Virus record (IMG/VR): IMGVR_UViG_3300005512_000006
Span: 1-64,000 of that record
Origin: a virus
Lineage: Duplodnaviria; Caudoviricetes
Reading direction: 5' to 3' (one strand)
Length of the DNA stretch: 64,000 nt
A program made the translations under genes and the position numbers. The number at the start of each line of letters is the position of its first letter. Position 1 is the stretch's first letter. Below, one piece after another: positions 21,071 to 31,092 of the stretch. The notes beneath the pieces were generated by a model. That model searched no databases and had not been told where the DNA came from. It worked only from the letters and a program-made list of their open reading frames with translations.

Positions 21071-21796
21071 TTAGCCAGCGGCTTTTGCTTTCCGTGCAGC
21101 GCCGTCGTAATCTGCGACAGCAACACCACGACGCGTAAGCATCGTCTTGACACCGCGAGCCGTCTTGCCGAGGGCTTCTGCGATCTCTTCAACAGTCATG
21201 CCGGACACATCACCGAGCTGCTCGAAGGCATCGACTTTAGCGCCGCCCTTCGTTTCGCGCTGACGCGGAATGGCATCGATTTGACCAGCGCGCATGAGGC
21301 TCAGAGCCTTACCACGCACAGAGGCAATCGGACGGTCAAACTCTGCTGCCAGGTCTTCGATGAAAGCACCGTCATTGCAAAGCTGAACGAAGCGAACTTC
21401 TTGGTCTTCGCTATAGGTGCGAGGCGTCTCGACCTTCGGAGTCGGACGCACGTGCGAGGTCAGTTCCATCGAAAGAATCTTACCTTGCACTTGCTTGGGG
21501 GTGAAGCCTTGGCCGAGTTGCTCAGCAATCTCTGCGTAGGTCAGGGCACCGCTGTTTTCTTCGACGATGAGGCGCAGATTAGCTGCTTGCTCTTCCGTGA
21601 ACTTGGAACCACCAGCGGCGGATGCAAGCTCAACGTCAAAGCCCATCTTACGAAGTTTGCTGGACACAGAACGTGCAGAGGTTTCAAACCGATCTGCCGC
21701 GTCTGCGACCGTTGCTTGAGACACGGGGGTCTCGTCACCCACGAATGCGGTCAGTTCGTCAGTCCGCTCGTCGGTCCACTTGGGAAGTGCTGCCAT
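21071..21796 (-). CDS. DNA-binding protein, T5 D5-like
   Basis: Repeated HTH modules; KWTDERT, RSVSSKLRKMG, RGVKTMLTRRG. Confidence 0.85.
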   Translation of the reverse strand: MAALPKWTDERTDELTAFVGDETPVSQATVADAADRFETSARSVSSKLRKMGFDVELASAAGGSKFTEEQAANLRLIVEENSGALTYAEIAEQLGQGFTPKQVQGKILSMELTSHVRPTPKVETPRTYSEDQEVRFVQLCNDGAFIEDLAAEFDRPIASVRGKALSLMRAGQIDAIPRQRETKGGAKVDAFEQLGDVSGMTVEEIAEALGKTARGVKTMLTRRGVAVADYDGAARKAKAAG

Positions 21797-22551
21797 TATA
21801 AATCTCCTAGAAATTCAGATAAATTAGTTACTATAGTTACGCCAGTTTCTCTGGCTTTTTGGGTTTTGGAAGACTCGATTCCGCTTTCATTTACAAGAAT
21901 TGTTACGTCCTTCGTAATCGTGGACTTAACCTCGAAACCAGCATTTGTAAGTGCCTCTGTGGCTATAGCTTTTGTTTTATAACTTGTTAGCTTTCCAGAG
22001 ATACACACTACTCCGCGAGTTTTAGGTTTTACTTTCTTCGCAAAGCGAAAATCGAAGGGCAAAGAGCCGTCATAAAAACTATAAAAGTCTTTACGAAGCC
22101 AAGTCAAAAGGTTTTCAGTCGCTTTTGGCCCTAGACCAGCTTGCTTGCAGACCTCTGTATTTAGGTCCCCAATACTTTCTGCAACCTGGGAAAGTTTTTC
22201 TGCTGCGGTATTCCCGATTAAAGGAATATTAAAAGCAGGGAGTAACACGTTAAGTGAAGAAGATTTTGAATTTTGAATCTCGCCGTAAAGTTTTTCAGCG
22301 ATTTTCTCAGAGCCTAGTACGGCTTTCAATTCTTCTTCAGAAAGCGTGTAAATTTCGTCAATGTCGGTCAATTCGAGCTTAGCAATAGTAGAGGGTCCCA
22401 GTCCTTTGATTTTAAGAGTTTTAGCAAAATGTTCGATGGACTTTTGGACCTTGCTGGAACAAGCTGAATTCACACAGTAAAGTACGTCGTTGCGCCATTC
22501 CAAGGTGCTATCACAGCTAGGACAATTTGTCGGGGCTACGATGGCTTGCAT
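21796..22551 (-). CDS. NAD-dependent DNA ligase subunit B (Zn finger, HhH, BRCT)
   Basis: CPSC..CVNSAC, KGLGP, VTILVNESG..SSKTQKA; own promoter at 22585-22615. Confidence 0.9.
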   Translation of the reverse strand: MQAIVAPTNCPSCDSTLEWRNDVLYCVNSACSSKVQKSIEHFAKTLKIKGLGPSTIAKLELTDIDEIYTLSEEELKAVLGSEKIAEKLYGEIQNSKSSSLNVLLPAFNIPLIGNTAAEKLSQVAESIGDLNTEVCKQAGLGPKATENLLTWLRKDFYSFYDGSLPFDFRFAKKVKPKTRGVVCISGKLTSYKTKAIATEALTNAGFEVKSTITKDVTILVNESGIESSKTQKARETGVTIVTNLSEFLGDL

Positions 22552-22609
22552 GGGCTTGGCGCTCCTTTCACTGAATGAACATATATTATACGGAAAATGG
22601 GGGCGGCTG

Positions 22610-22978
22610 TCAAGATTTATTTTTTGGAATGTCCTTGAGTATTTTTGAGCCAATTTTGAAACACTCTGTATGGCCTCCAAACTTAAATTCTGGAGTGTGT
22701 CGATCTTCTTCATAATGAGCGTGTAAAAGCTGCTCTAATTTCCACACTTCATAAAGAGTGTTGTGATAAGTACGCTGGATTCGCAACTCATAGTTATTGA
22801 ATCCAAGAGAACGACGAATAACATCTTTCCAGTTCTTGCCTTTTGCAATTCCTACTTTGATGCACTCACGTCTCATTGTACGCTTATTAACTAAAATTAC
22901 TCCATATAGAACGCCCGGTTGATCTTTCTCTTCTGGGTGATTATCAAAGTACGTCTGATTATATACCCCACCAGCCAT
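22610..22978 (-). CDS. GIY-YIG/T5orf172-like protein inserted between the ligase halves
   Basis: GVLY...IKVGIAK...R...E...FGGHTECF. Confidence 0.6.
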   Translation of the reverse strand: MAGGVYNQTYFDNHPEEKDQPGVLYGVILVNKRTMRRECIKVGIAKGKNWKDVIRRSLGFNNYELRIQRTYHNTLYEVWKLEQLLHAHYEEDRHTPEFKFGGHTECFKIGSKILKDIPKNKS

Positions 22979-23083
22979 ATAAAATACACCCCGCCGTGAG
23001 TACAAGCGTCGGAACAAGTCCAACGAGTTCTAAAAGAAAAAATACACTAAGCCAAATAATTATTGGTGAAAAAACCCATACCG

Positions 23084-24004
23084 TCAATCAACCCGTCTCA
23101 CTACTCGAGGAATAATTTCCCCAGAGCGAATGACTTCTATTTGACATCCAATCTCGAGATTTAGCTCTCGAATGTAGCGCATATTGTGTAGTGTAGCCCT
23201 TGAGACGGTTGCGTCTCCGATTTTTACTGGAGCTAGCAGCCCTACAGGACTAACTACACCAGACTTACCTACTTGCCAGACCACATCTTCGAGAGTAGTA
23301 ACTACTCCCTCTTGTCGGGTCTTGACTGCGAAAGCTCCTCGGGGATGATGAGAAGTATATCCCATCTGAGAAAACTTTTCGTTATCATTTACGCGAACAA
23401 CTACCCCGTCCTGTGGGTAGTTATCGCACTCTGCGCTAATAACAGTTTCAAAACCGAAGGAGTGGAGTGCGCTCATGTCTCCCAGCCAAGTATCAAAGAT
23501 ACAAGGAGAGACCCCATAAGCGACAAAATCTACGTTCCGGGAATAGAATTCATCGAGACTCTTGAGGTTCAGAGCACCTGCTGCGTAATTTCTCGCATTC
23601 GGTATTTCTTTCGGAGCCACTACTTCTCCAGTAATCTGAAGAATTGGCTTATTCGTCTCGATAATTTCTGGAACCATTAGGTGCGGAACAAGATGTGTTA
23701 TATCTTGTCCACGCTTGCCATCACCGCGAGTAAGTGCTAACCGCAGAGTACCATTAATATAGGTGAGTGCAATTGCGGCACCGTCGAGTTTTGGAGTCTC
23801 GATACCGTCAAATGGTATAAGGTCTATTCCGTCGTATACTTTCTGGAGGGAATACATACGGAAGGCGTGCTCAACCCCGTCTTGAGTTGAGTAACCGACT
23901 TCTTCGTAACCGAATTGCTCGGCTAACGAATCGAACTCGGCATCCGATAAAATTGGATCGCCTTCGTAGTATTTTCGTGCGGCGTATGAAAGAAACGAGT
24001 GCAT
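23084..24004 (-). CDS. NAD-dependent DNA ligase subunit A (adenylation and OB domains)
   Basis: MYSLQK, KLDG, TRGDG, DGVVVR, RATLHN, RSGEIIP. Confidence 0.93.
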   Translation of the reverse strand: MHSFLSYAARKYYEGDPILSDAEFDSLAEQFGYEEVGYSTQDGVEHAFRMYSLQKVYDGIDLIPFDGIETPKLDGAAIALTYINGTLRLALTRGDGKRGQDITHLVPHLMVPEIIETNKPILQITGEVVAPKEIPNARNYAAGALNLKSLDEFYSRNVDFVAYGVSPCIFDTWLGDMSALHSFGFETVISAECDNYPQDGVVVRVNDNEKFSQMGYTSHHPRGAFAVKTRQEGVVTTLEDVVWQVGKSGVVSPVGLLAPVKIGDATVSRATLHNMRYIRELNLEIGCQIEVIRSGEIIPRVVRRVD

Positions 24005-24062
24005 ACCTACTCCTTCGATTTTGAAAAGATATTATATCGAAGATAAGGTGCGAAGTCAAGAA

Positions 24063-24362
24063 CTATTTATAGAGACCTTGAATTAAATCTCCAAATAATT
24101 CTTCAATGACTTCTCGCGACTCGGCAAGAGAAATGATTTCTGCTAGTCCTGTGAAGAGTTCTCGTGTATTTTCTACTTCTAGAGGAAACGCGATTCCGTC
24201 CCCGCTGGGACGCCACTCTTCTTCAAAATCTAGATAATACTTACGAAGATGTAGGTATTCTACTCCTCGAAAAGTATTTACAACCAAACGAATTTGATTG
24301 TGCTTTACATCATCCTCCCAAATAACTCTCTCATAGACTTCAGGAGCTTCGTATAATTCCAT
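24063..24362 (-). CDS. PC4-like ssDNA-binding protein
   Basis: FRGVEYLHLRKYY...WRPSGDGI. Confidence 0.75.
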   Translation of the reverse strand: MELYEAPEVYERVIWEDDVKHNQIRLVVNTFRGVEYLHLRKYYLDFEEEWRPSGDGIAFPLEVENTRELFTGLAEIISLAESREVIEELFGDLIQGLYK

Positions 24363-24363
24363 C

Positions 24364-24630
24364 TTAGTCTCCGTTCTGTAGAATAGAGCTAAGAGGAACC
24401 ACACTTGTAACCTTTTCTGGCTTCATCAGCCGGTAGGAATCCGTATCCCAACAAAACATCAGAAGTGTATCATCAGTTTCCTGAGATCGGTTATTTTTTG
24501 ATTGAATGTAGTCGTTATTAAAATCTAGTGTGCAGACATTGTACTTTACTTTATTGGAGTTCGGACTGCGATAGGTAATAATAGCGTCACCACAAGTTTC
24601 AATCTTTTTCCTTAGTTCATTTTTAGTCAT
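24364..24630 (-). CDS. Conserved T5-like hypothetical protein
   Basis: AGGAG RBS; FCWDTDSYR; T5 synteny. Confidence 0.75.
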   Translation of the reverse strand: MTKNELRKKIETCGDAIITYRSPNSNKVKYNVCTLDFNNDYIQSKNNRSQETDDTLLMFCWDTDSYRLMKPEKVTSVVPLSSILQNGD

Positions 24631-24895
24631 TTCTGACTCCTAACAGCAGGGCAGTAAAACCTCTTTTACTTAGCTGACTTTTAGGAGATAAGCGAAAGCC
24701 CGGACCGAGGAAACCTCGGCCCGAGCCCCGCACAGCAAGTTGTCATCTTACCGACCTGGTGACTAACCCAGGAATTATCATTCAGTAACGTAGCTGATTA
24801 AACTACGAGGCCCGATTAAGTTAAAGTCTTGACGGTGCCTTTGAAGACTTAGTTGATTTTGAGGGTAACAACTTTAACAAACCTGAATTCGGTAT
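24631..24895 (-). ncRNA. Candidate structured RNA, about 265 nt
   Basis: No long ORF; at least seven stems visible; last stem pairs the downstream RBS. Confidence 0.55.
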
Positions 24896-25264
24896 TTAAC
24901 CTGCTGAATTCAATGCAGTAAGGACAGTGGAGAAGTACATTGCAGCTTTCCCGGTTAGCTTGCTAACAATGTCTTCGTCCACTTCTTGTCCAGCATCAGA
25001 AAGAGCAGCTCGTAGCGCCTCTTGAGCAGCTTCTTTGCTGACACGAGTACCACCACCACTGGATGCGGCTTTTGTGGCACCCCCCGCAGGTGCGGCCTTC
25101 TTAACATATACTCCAGCTTTTTGCAAAATCATACGGGTACCATTTGCGGTTTCGCCCAGATCTTCTGCAATGGATTTGACAATCTCCACCGACGTCTCGG
25201 GGGTGGGATTTGCTGCTTCATACATTTCGATTGCTTGTGCTTTTTTGTGGTCGTCCCAGCTCAA
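24896..25264 (-). CDS. DNA-binding protein, T5 D3-like (possible longer form from ATC at 25345)
   Basis: WDDHKK..NGTRMIL.KAGVYVKK..RVSK..SKLTGKAA. Confidence 0.85.
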   Translation of the reverse strand: MSWDDHKKAQAIEMYEAANPTPETSVEIVKSIAEDLGETANGTRMILQKAGVYVKKAAPAGGATKAASSGGGTRVSKEAAQEALRAALSDAGQEVDEDIVSKLTGKAAMYFSTVLTALNSAG

Positions 25265-25412
25265 TTTTCTACTCCTGCGGGTTGTTGGTGCTCCCGGCGC
25301 TGTGCCGCGAGCCTTTAGTTGTTGTTGGTAGAATCTATCTCCGATTTTCTAGCCCTCCTTTATTTTATGGATATATTATACGCATAAAAGAGAAAAAAGG
25401 CAAGAAAAATAT

Positions 25413-26027
25413 TTACTCTATCTTATATTTATTTGCTTTTCTAATGTTTTCTGCCGCAGGTAAATATTGTAGATTACTGAGAACGTGTAGTCCGCTGACT
25501 AACTTTCCTTGCAAAGGAATTATGTGGTCCACATGGTATCCTAGCGGGCAGTTCTGATAAAATTCTTTTATTTTTGTTTCTTGGGGACTAAAAATAGCCC
25601 TATCTAGCTTTGCTGCTCTTCTCTTGCTTTGTGCCGCACGGTTTAAAGATTTATAATGTTCTGTTTGGCGGTAGTCCTTGGAACAAGACTTGCAGAGATA
25701 ATCTGCTTTTCCTTTCCTAGTGTTCATTTCTTTTTCTGGCTTGACTTCTTGACACTTATAACATTTTTTATACTTTAAAGTACCAAGTACTCTAGCATAA
25801 AATTCTCCTCCGCTGCTAGATAGTAGCTCTGGGAGGTACTTTTTTACATTATTATACACTGTGGGACGTGTTACTTGATAGTATTTAGCTACTTTATCTA
25901 GGCTCTCCAGCTCTAAAGTCTTTAGTAAAAAATCACAAGATAAAATATTTTTACCTTTTAACCTTATTGTCTTAGAGGACCAAGGAAATTGGCATATAGC
26001 ATTTTTTACTTCATTAGAAATATTCAT
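25413..26027 (-). CDS. Free-standing HNH endonuclease
   Basis: CxxC..Cxx[18 protein letters not shown]. Confidence 0.85.
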   Translation of the reverse strand: MNISNEVKNAICQFPWSSKTIRLKGKNILSCDFLLKTLELESLDKVAKYYQVTRPTVYNNVKKYLPELLSSSGGEFYARVLGTLKYKKCYKCQEVKPEKEMNTRKGKADYLCKSCSKDYRQTEHYKSLNRAAQSKRRAAKLDRAIFSPQETKIKEFYQNCPLGYHVDHIIPLQGKLVSGLHVLSNLQYLPAAENIRKANKYKIE

Positions 26028-26081
26028 GTGTATATTATAAGGGAAATCACCTGCGCCGTCAAGAATTATTTTTTCTTTGCT

Positions 26082-26597
26082 TCAGAGAATAGTCTGTAGT
26101 AATTTTCTTACATCTAAAGTTTCTTCTGGCAGCTCTGTATAGTTTGTTGAATTTTTGCAAATCCAATCTTTTACTTCTATACCTTTAGCTAAATTAAATT
26201 GTCCACTCACTTGTATTATATTATCCTCACAATCTTCCCACGAAAGCCTAGCAATTGCGAACTTTTTTGGGTCAGATTGTATACAAAGTAAATAGTCAAA
26301 AGTTTTACTCAAAGATGACTTATTAGTATTTGCTATAGAAACGCGTCCAGACACTGTTCCTTTTGCAGAAAACATATTTGCTACAGATTTTAATTCGTAT
26401 TTATCACCAGTAACAATATCTAAGCTATCAAAGCCTTCTTCGTCAAGATACTTTAACCTACCTTCAGTGATTTTTTCCAAGCCAAGAGCTATTAATTCTC
26501 CCTTTAAGAATCTGTAGGCAGGCTTGTTTAACTGTTTGCCTAGTTTTATTAAGGCATTAACCAAAGGCTGGTAGTTTACAGAGTGTAGGAAAGACAT
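26082..26597 (-). CDS. Putative PD-(D/E)xK nuclease-like protein
   Basis: KGELI...FDSLD...YELKS; AT-rich. Confidence 0.45.
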   Translation of the reverse strand: MSFLHSVNYQPLVNALIKLGKQLNKPAYRFLKGELIALGLEKITEGRLKYLDEEGFDSLDIVTGDKYELKSVANMFSAKGTVSGRVSIANTNKSSLSKTFDYLLCIQSDPKKFAIARLSWEDCEDNIIQVSGQFNLAKGIEVKDWICKNSTNYTELPEETLDVRKLLQTIL

Positions 26598-26863
26598 TAT
26601 TTTTTCTTTCCTGAGAAAAGAGCCCTGAAAATACTTTCGGTAAAACTTTCAGTAGGCCCAAAAAGAGTTTGCCAGAATAAGTATGGAGCAAAAATAATGC
26701 CTACTATAAACCAAGTTATAATTAAAGAAAAAGAATTTAAATCTTCTGTAGCAGTAGGTACTACTCCTTTAAACACTTTTCGCATAGGCATCCATACATT
26801 GAATATGGTCGCAACTCCAGTACAAACAGCAAAAATACCATAATAAAATAAAAACTCTATCAC
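26597..26863 (-). CDS. Two-TM membrane protein
   Basis: Two hydrophobic segments; follows D2. Confidence 0.65.
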   Translation of the reverse strand: MIEFLFYYGIFAVCTGVATIFNVWMPMRKVFKGVVPTATEDLNSFSLIITWFIVGIIFAPYLFWQTLFGPTESFTESIFRALFSGKKK

Positions 26864-27534
26864 GCCGCTATTCTCGCACCATACCGAGTAAGATGGCTCA
26901 GCTTACCCAAGTCATACGCAGCAGAAGCTGCATAGAATCCACCCTTTTCCACGTTGAACCATGGCGATTTTTGGTCCACATTTTCCATAATGTAGATTTG
27001 ATAGCACTTACAGCCGTACTTTTCTTCATAGTTTGTATAAGAATTACTGGGAATCTCATGAATTACCAGAGCTGGAGAGTGGTAAACAGCCGACCAAACA
27101 ATTTCATTTGCTTCAAATTCTTCGGCTACACACTCGTCAGGAAGAAATGCAATTTCAGCTTTCTCTTCGCCTTTCGGGCGCTGAGGAATACCGAGACGCT
27201 CTACCACCGCTTTTACGAACGTGGGGGAACGATATAGTCGCTTTGCAATGTCCTGAATGCTGTCTCCGTCCAGGTAGTCTTCAATAATTGTAGAAATCTC
27301 TGCATCACTTGCAGCTTTCCCTCGATTTTGATCCTTGCGCCGCTTTGTATATTCACGCCGCTCTTGAAACTCCTCAATAATTTTATTGAGACGAGTAGTA
27401 TTATATGCGATATTTAATATATCACACGCGTCTTTTTTCGTAATTGGTTTTTCTGCGCTAAGAAGCTCGATAACCTTAATAATGTTTGCGTCAGTAAGTT
27501 TTTCGTAGTCTTTTTTCTGTACTTTTCTAGCCAT
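26860..27534 (-). CDS. T5 D2-like protein
   Basis: KVIELL..TKKDACDILNI..IAKRLYRS HTH. Confidence 0.8.
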   Translation of the reverse strand: MARKVQKKDYEKLTDANIIKVIELLSAEKPITKKDACDILNIAYNTTRLNKIIEEFQERREYTKRRKDQNRGKAASDAEISTIIEDYLDGDSIQDIAKRLYRSPTFVKAVVERLGIPQRPKGEEKAEIAFLPDECVAEEFEANEIVWSAVYHSPALVIHEIPSNSYTNYEEKYGCKCYQIYIMENVDQKSPWFNVEKGGFYAASAAYDLGKLSHLTRYGARIAA

Positions 27535-28133
27535 TATCGCCCCGTGATTCGGAAGTCATAAGAAGCCATACTTTCGTCCCACCAGAAAGGCTTTTCTCGA
27601 TGAGACCATTTTGCAAACGTTGCTTTGTCGAGCATATAGTATCTACGATAGCTCTCTATTGGATTATCGTAGTCTTTCAATTCATCCGGCATTGCAAGGC
27701 CGAATGTTGTAAAACCTTTGCGAGGCATATTTTTTGGTTCTGGTAGTCGGTTAATAACTTCAACCACAGACTTGTGCTGCTTGCCATAGCGATAATAGTA
27801 TTCGTCATTGAGTGCATTTGCATAGCAGTGAGTCCATTCAAAGTTATCAAGAGAAGAGCGTACCCAAATCGTGCAGGGATGGTTGTACATCATTGGCAGA
27901 TAGGGGGTAAGAGGACGTTCTTCTAGCGGTAGATGCTTGATTTTGCCCTTTGCTTCGTCTAACGCTTTGCGTTCGTATTTTTCAAGAGAACGAGGAACAA
28001 AGCCAAGCACTTCATCTACCCAAATTGCAGTACACAACAATTGTGCCGCTTCGAGAGGCATCTTGACAATGTGCTTGTCTACATGATATTCTGCGCAAGT
28101 ATCGAGGTCTTCGTCGAGGTAAAATAAATTCAT
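27534..28133 (-). CDS. Pyrimidine-dimer DNA glycosylase (DenV)-superfamily-like protein
   Basis: MNLFYLD..DKHIVKMPLE.AQLL, NHPCTIW, EY.YRYGK.H, AMPD. Confidence 0.65.
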   Translation of the reverse strand: MNLFYLDEDLDTCAEYHVDKHIVKMPLEAAQLLCTAIWVDEVLGFVPRSLEKYERKALDEAKGKIKHLPLEERPLTPYLPMMYNHPCTIWVRSSLDNFEWTHCYANALNDEYYYRYGKQHKSVVEVINRLPEPKNMPRKGFTTFGLAMPDELKDYDNPIESYRRYYMLDKATFAKWSHREKPFWWDESMASYDFRITGR

Positions 28134-28326
28134 ATACGATACTCGTATCCAGGGGTTTTTAGTTTTTTCCTACGTTCCGCTTTTCGTAGCCAGATAAAAT
28201 ACTTGGCGTCCCTAGTTTCAAAAACAATAGGACGCCAAGCAAAGAAAGGCTGCCAATCATACGGGCTAGGCTTTTTCTTCAATTGTATTTTCATATTATA
28301 CGCCTATGGCAGAATATTGTCAAGAA

Positions 28327-28662
28327 TTATTTTTTACTTGACGAGTATGCTTGACCGCCAAAGAAAGCTGCAACGATAGCAGCAACAGAAACAAAGTATG
28401 TAGCAGCCATATCACCTAGAATTTTTGATGCTTGGTCAAGGCCGACCCAGTCTGCAAGTACAACTGCGAAAGGATACAAGAGCAGACCAAACAGAGCAAA
28501 CCAGGTCATCTTACGTTGAGCGTCCCTCATTGCATCGACATCTTCTAGTTCTTTGCGCTTGAATTCCAAGTACATTTTTCTTTCTTCATTGTCTACTTTA
28601 CCGTCACCATTTGTGTCCGCAGGATGGTACGGAGGCTGAGCTGTATTATTTTGTTCAGACAA
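28327..28662 (-). CDS. Holin-like two-TM protein with an N-terminal EF-hand-like loop
   Basis: DTNGDGKVDNEE plus two TMs; last gene of the lysis run. Confidence 0.55.
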   Translation of the reverse strand: MSEQNNTAQPPYHPADTNGDGKVDNEERKMYLEFKRKELEDVDAMRDAQRKMTWFALFGLLLYPFAVVLADWVGLDQASKILGDMAATYFVSVAAIVAAFFGGQAYSSSKK

Positions 28663-28671
28663 TATATTTCT

Positions 28672-29475
28672 CTAAGGGCGATAACCCTCTCGAACTTGTT
28701 CCCAGAATTCTCCTGATTCAAGTTCTGATTGTGTCCATTGTGCATACATAAGGTTACTTAACCACTGTTGTCTATCAGGCCGAATAACCTTATCCAAACT
28801 GTGGGAGGTTATGTCCCAGGCCATTGAAAAACTACCAAATGTCACTGCAGGAACTCCGTTGAGAACACAATCAATTGCAGCAGTGCTCGAGAAAGAAATA
28901 CCTACATCGGCCCACTCGAGAGCTTCTCTTAGTGAGCCTTTTAGAATTTTTTTACGTCCCGCTCTTTCAGGCTGCTGTGGATGAGGTCGAACCATTACTT
29001 CTTTGAATGATCTTGCTGCTTCGTTCACGAGCCCTCGCATAAACGACGGGTAGCCGCCTGGTGCAGCAGCGACTGCTTTATCTCCTGAGCACTGGTGGAA
29101 GACAAGTGCCCTTTCCTCCATCCGTTTCCATGGGTACAAAACGATACCATGTCGATGTACGCGGTCGTCGGGTCTGTCTCCAAAATTCCACTCACCGTGA
29201 TTGCAGTTTCCTCTCCAGACTGTGGAGGTGAAATAGTTACGTGATCCACTGTAAGATGATACTTCATAGTTATTAATAAACCCGCTTTCGAGAACAAGAT
29301 TGTTGGCCCCGCCTTTATGTCCCCAGGACAAGTGTAGCTCGGAGCCTCTATAGTTATCTTCTACTTTGACTTCAATCGAAGTATGCCGCTTCAGACCGTA
29401 CAGAACTTTTTCGAGTGCCAACTTACGATGACCAAAGCGGTCATTCATCATTTCTGAATTAACGAATACCTTCAT
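28672..29475 (-). CDS. Capsule-polysaccharide/GT-B-like protein
   Basis: VRPHP, SSTAAIDCVLNGVP, YAQWT..E..SG. Confidence 0.55.
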   Translation of the reverse strand: MKVFVNSEMMNDRFGHRKLALEKVLYGLKRHTSIEVKVEDNYRGSELHLSWGHKGGANNLVLESGFINNYEVSSYSGSRNYFTSTVWRGNCNHGEWNFGDRPDDRVHRHGIVLYPWKRMEERALVFHQCSGDKAVAAAPGGYPSFMRGLVNEAARSFKEVMVRPHPQQPERAGRKKILKGSLREALEWADVGISFSSTAAIDCVLNGVPAVTFGSFSMAWDITSHSLDKVIRPDRQQWLSNLMYAQWTQSELESGEFWEQVREGYRP

Positions 29476-29878
29476 TGTACTTTCCAATTACAATTGCACG
29501 ATTCATGTCTTTGAGACAGACTGCGGAGATACTGTCATAGCCATTACGGTTCGCAATTGCAAGTCGCTGATTTCCGAACAAACAAAGGTAGCGGCGTTTT
29601 GGGTAATAACCTTCTTGCATGCCTCTATGAACCGTTTCAATAGCATTTGTGTAATGCTCCCAAGTATTTTCAACAAGTACAACTGGATGATACATATTTT
29701 GTAGAACAGCTTCTTCTAGCTTTGCAAAACCAGGTAAAGTTTCTCTACTTCGTAAATGTACTGCTGGAGCAATATCTTCTAGTTTTATTACATAAATATC
29801 TTCTGTAATATCTGTAATATTATTGCCCACTAGAGCGGTAAAATGTATCTTCGTGCATTGTGAAGTCAAAGTGGTCAT
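29459..29878 (-). CDS. ParB/sulfiredoxin-like domain protein
   Basis: MYHPVVL...FGNQRLAIA...GYDSI. Confidence 0.45.
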   Translation of the reverse strand: MTTLTSQCTKIHFTALVGNNITDITEDIYVIKLEDIAPAVHLRSRETLPGFAKLEEAVLQNMYHPVVLVENTWEHYTNAIETVHRGMQEGYYPKRRYLCLFGNQRLAIANRNGYDSISAVCLKDMNRAIVIGKYNEGIR

Positions 29879-30279
29879 TTACTCGTCCGTAACTTTTGGC
29901 GATTCTTTTTTGTCAGCTTTGGCGCCAACACTATTTCTGTAGTAAACAATAACTTCTCTACTCTGAAGAATGTAACGACGCAGTTCTTGCAAGTTTGTTG
30001 CGAGAATCTGATAGTCACCAGGAGTGAGAGCAAAGAATACTCCAGCATTTTCTTTTTCAATGCGCTCTTTAAATTCTTCAAAGTTTGCAGGGCTCACGAC
30101 GTAGAACTGAGGATTTTGAAGATTTACTGGACGCGGAAGAGGTGGATGAAACACTTTCGGCTCCACCATCTTTGTAATAATAATTGGTTCGGGCGGCTCT
30201 TCCTTTCCCCACTTAACTGTCGGAATTAGGCTGCACCCCGGTAGAGCTACTAGCAGGCTCAAGAGTATTAGATGTTTCA
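29879..30279 (-). CDS. o-spanin (Rz1-like lipoprotein)
   Basis: Lipobox LPGC, Pro-rich, overlaps the i-spanin end; ATG at about 30279. Confidence 0.75.
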
Positions 30280-30620
30280 TTTGTAATAGTCTCAAATACT
30301 TCACGAGTACCTTTGTTGACTCGTGTTTCGATAAGTCCGGGCTTCGCTGCCGCCAGTTTGTTGAGATCGTGGCGAGCAAAGATAGAAAGATAACGCTGGA
30401 TCTCTTGCTCTTTTTCTTGTTGAGCCTGAGTCATTCCAGCAATTCTTTCATTCTGAGCTTCCGCGTGTTCTTGCAAGTCTTCCATTGTATCTCTTAGCCC
30501 CGCCATTTCAGCCTGCATAGAGGCATTTTTTCTTTGCAAAGCAGAGATCTGATCCTGGCTCCAGGTAAAATATCCGTAACCAGCACCAGCAAGAAGAAAG
30601 AGAATAAGAATCTGGTACAT
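30213..30620 (-). CDS. i-spanin (Rz-like)
   Basis: N-terminal TM, coiled coil, AAAKPGLIE; follows the lysozyme. Confidence 0.78.
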   Translation of the reverse strand: MYQILILFLLAGAGYGYFTWSQDQISALQRKNASMQAEMAGLRDTMEDLQEHAEAQNERIAGMTQAQQEKEQEIQRYLSIFARHDLNKLAAAKPGLIETRVNKGTREVFETITNETSNTLEPASSSTGVQPNSDS

Positions 30621-31066
30621 CAGACGTTTTCCATTCTCGAGATCAGGCGGCTAGCTCGTGCCCCGACTTGGCGTGCCCACTTGCTGTCTGCCATCTGTCG
30701 AGAGGCTTCTGCCCAGTCTTTGTCATAAATAGCAGCAATCATATTCTTGAAGCCAAGAAATCTAGGGCGCCCCAAATTGAATAGCATATTTACTAGCACT
30801 TCTTGAACCGTGTCGGGATAAGAATCCCACTCTTCAAAAATTACTTTGCAGTCTGCAAGCGCAATGGCAACATCTTTCTGAAATAGTTCCGTGCATTGTT
30901 CTTCTGTAATTTTATCCCCGACCTTGAGACAGGAGATCTCTGCTGGGTCACTATCTACGATGAGGTGCCCAATACCTACGGTTGGGTAGCCAAGATGGTC
31001 GAGATAAACGTCTAGTTTCTTGCCTTCATCAATTTCAAGTTGTTTTTGTAGTCTTTCTAAATTCAT
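30620..31066 (-). CDS. Endolysin, T4-lysozyme family (GH24)
   Basis: DEG..YLDHLGYPTVGIGHL, NMLFNLG, SKWARQVGARA. Confidence 0.92.
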   Translation of the reverse strand: MNLERLQKQLEIDEGKKLDVYLDHLGYPTVGIGHLIVDSDPAEISCLKVGDKITEEQCTELFQKDVAIALADCKVIFEEWDSYPDTVQEVLVNMLFNLGRPRFLGFKNMIAAIYDKDWAEASRQMADSKWARQVGARASRLISRMENV

Positions 31067-31092
31067 GCTTCCTCCTAGGAAAAGCGAGGGGC

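Noticed and set aside
1317-21982. Long antisense ORFs (e.g. 1317-1961, 15115-15717, 21281-21982)
   Set aside because: Shadows of well-supported genes on the other strand
21796-24004. Disrupted ligase
   Set aside because: A two-gene NAD ligase is normal in T5-like phages, and each part has its own promoter
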